DNA of 64,000 nt from Haliotis cracherodii (lineage: Eukaryota): the NCBI RefSeq assembly GCF_022045235.1, contig NW_027266308.1, forward strand, positions 22,506,001 through 22,570,000, in the 5' to 3' direction. Under the pieces are notes generated by a model. It was given only the letters and a program-made list of their open reading frames with translations. It made no database searches and was not told the origin of the DNA. Shown here in pieces: positions 62,773 through 64,000 of this stretch. Numbering within the stretch: the first letter of the stretch is position 1; each line of letters begins with the position of its first letter. The position numbers and the translations under genes are program-made.

Positions 62773-63113
62773 GGATCGCCTCCGTGGTAGAGCGTCTGCC
62801 CGGAGAGTGGAAGGTCTGGGGTTCCATCCCTGGCCTCGTCATACCAAAAGACATTAAAAGATGATACTTGTTGTTACCCTGTCTGGCGCTCGGGATTAAG
62901 GGGCTAAAACAAGGACTGGTCGGCTCGGAGTCAGTATACTGTGTCTGAGTGGGGTATTCATGTTAAACTACAGCCTGGTATCTCTGAGCTAGCACTATAA
63001 ATCGGCATCAGTCCGAACTAGTACAAGCAGCCACACAAACACACACATACATGCACATCGCAATATAAGTGCAATAATCTTGGATGCGACGTTAAACCCC
63101 GTTTTACCCACCT
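62773..63113 (+). mobile_element. SINE family C
   Basis: GTCATACCAAAGACATTAAAAGATG central domain and shared tail. Confidence 0.88.
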
Positions 63114-63201
63114 ATTATGAGTTACGTCCCTTCTATGCCTCCACTACTGACCAATCAGATTCCAACTCTCATATCACTTTCATTTGCTGCAAACAAAATG
63201 A

Positions 63202-63523
63202 GACTGTCTGGGTGGTCTAGTGGTAGCGTAAGCCCATAGAGTGAAAGGTTCAATCCCTGGTGGCATCATACCAAAAGGCGTTAATAGATGGTACTTGTTG
63301 TTACCCTGTCTGGCACTCGGCATTAAGGGGCTAAAACAACAGTGTGTCTAAGTGGGGTATTCATGTTAAACTGCGACATGGTATATCAGTGACCTAGCAC
63401 TATAAATTGACATCAGTTCCGACTAGTACAAGCAGCCATACACATACACACATGCATGCACATCGCTATATGAGTGTAATTATCTTGGATGTGACGTTAA
63501 CGCAATTTCACCTCACTTCATTT
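63202..63523 (+). mobile_element. SINE family C
   Basis: 12-bp TSD CAAACAAAATGA (63190-63201, 63524-63535). Confidence 0.88.
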
Positions 63524-64000
63524 CAAACAAAATGACGGCACTCAAGACGATCTCATTGATAATAAAGATTTTTATTGTGATAAAACAGGTATTAACTCGT
63601 GAAGTGCATCACATCACTTGAGCACCTTGATTAAAAACAATGTCTGTCAACGCCAATTTGACAGTCCACATTTTCTGCATATCCTGCAAGTGAACAAATT
63701 TGGCACGGCAGTTGCAATGTTTAATTAACAGATGTCGATTTCGCTACGGGTTTTTATTGGACTATGCATAGACTCGTTAGTCCAGGCAAAATATAACTCC
63801 AAATATCCAGCTTAGTCGTCAAGGATGATAACTGGACTTATAACGACAGTCAACTCCCTTGCCTCGGGAATATGGTATTATTTATGATGTTAATAGACTG
63901 TATGTTAACTCATTAACTGGCTTGTAGCCATTACTTGTAAGAACATTTTTAAGAAATCTTGCATTGGTCCTCATGCACTTATATTTATTTTGAAATATTT

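Overview
AT-rich, intron-containing animal genomic DNA. The repeat content suggests a mollusc, probably a gastropod such as abalone; this is inference. I assembled six protein-coding genes by hand from GT-AG splice sites with consistent phases: two tandem SLC46/PCFT-family MFS transporter paralogues (+, 6965-10299 and 19784-23265); a C2orf73/CIMIP6-like gene (-) head-to-head with SPATA17 (+); and IFT43 (-) head-to-head with TMEM223 (+). Three consecutive genes are ciliary or sperm-axoneme genes, with RFX X-box motifs nearby. The rest is decayed mobile DNA and repeats: Tx1/L1 and CR1-group LINE relics, a pogo-like transposon lacking its DDE core, DIRS-like and Penelope-like fragments, several MITEs, four SINE families sharing one 3' tail, four minisatellites, a near-identical 3.1 kb tandem duplication and a 166-N gap. 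Best candidates for new biology: (i) an abundant SINE-like family whose non-tRNA head can fold into a pseudoknotted multi-stem RNA with a sharply defined 5' end; (ii) a SPATA17 minisatellite made of about 31 donor+acceptor 'mini-intron' units, next to a duplicated acceptor/half-exon; (iii) a TGG>TGA change in one SLC46 paralogue with the downstream frame still open; (iv) a fold-back Penelope-like relic; (v) ratchet-type AG|GT sites in IFT43 introns; (vi) a tandem hairpin element between IFT43 and TMEM223. No alignment, folding or database search was run; family names are recognised from memory.
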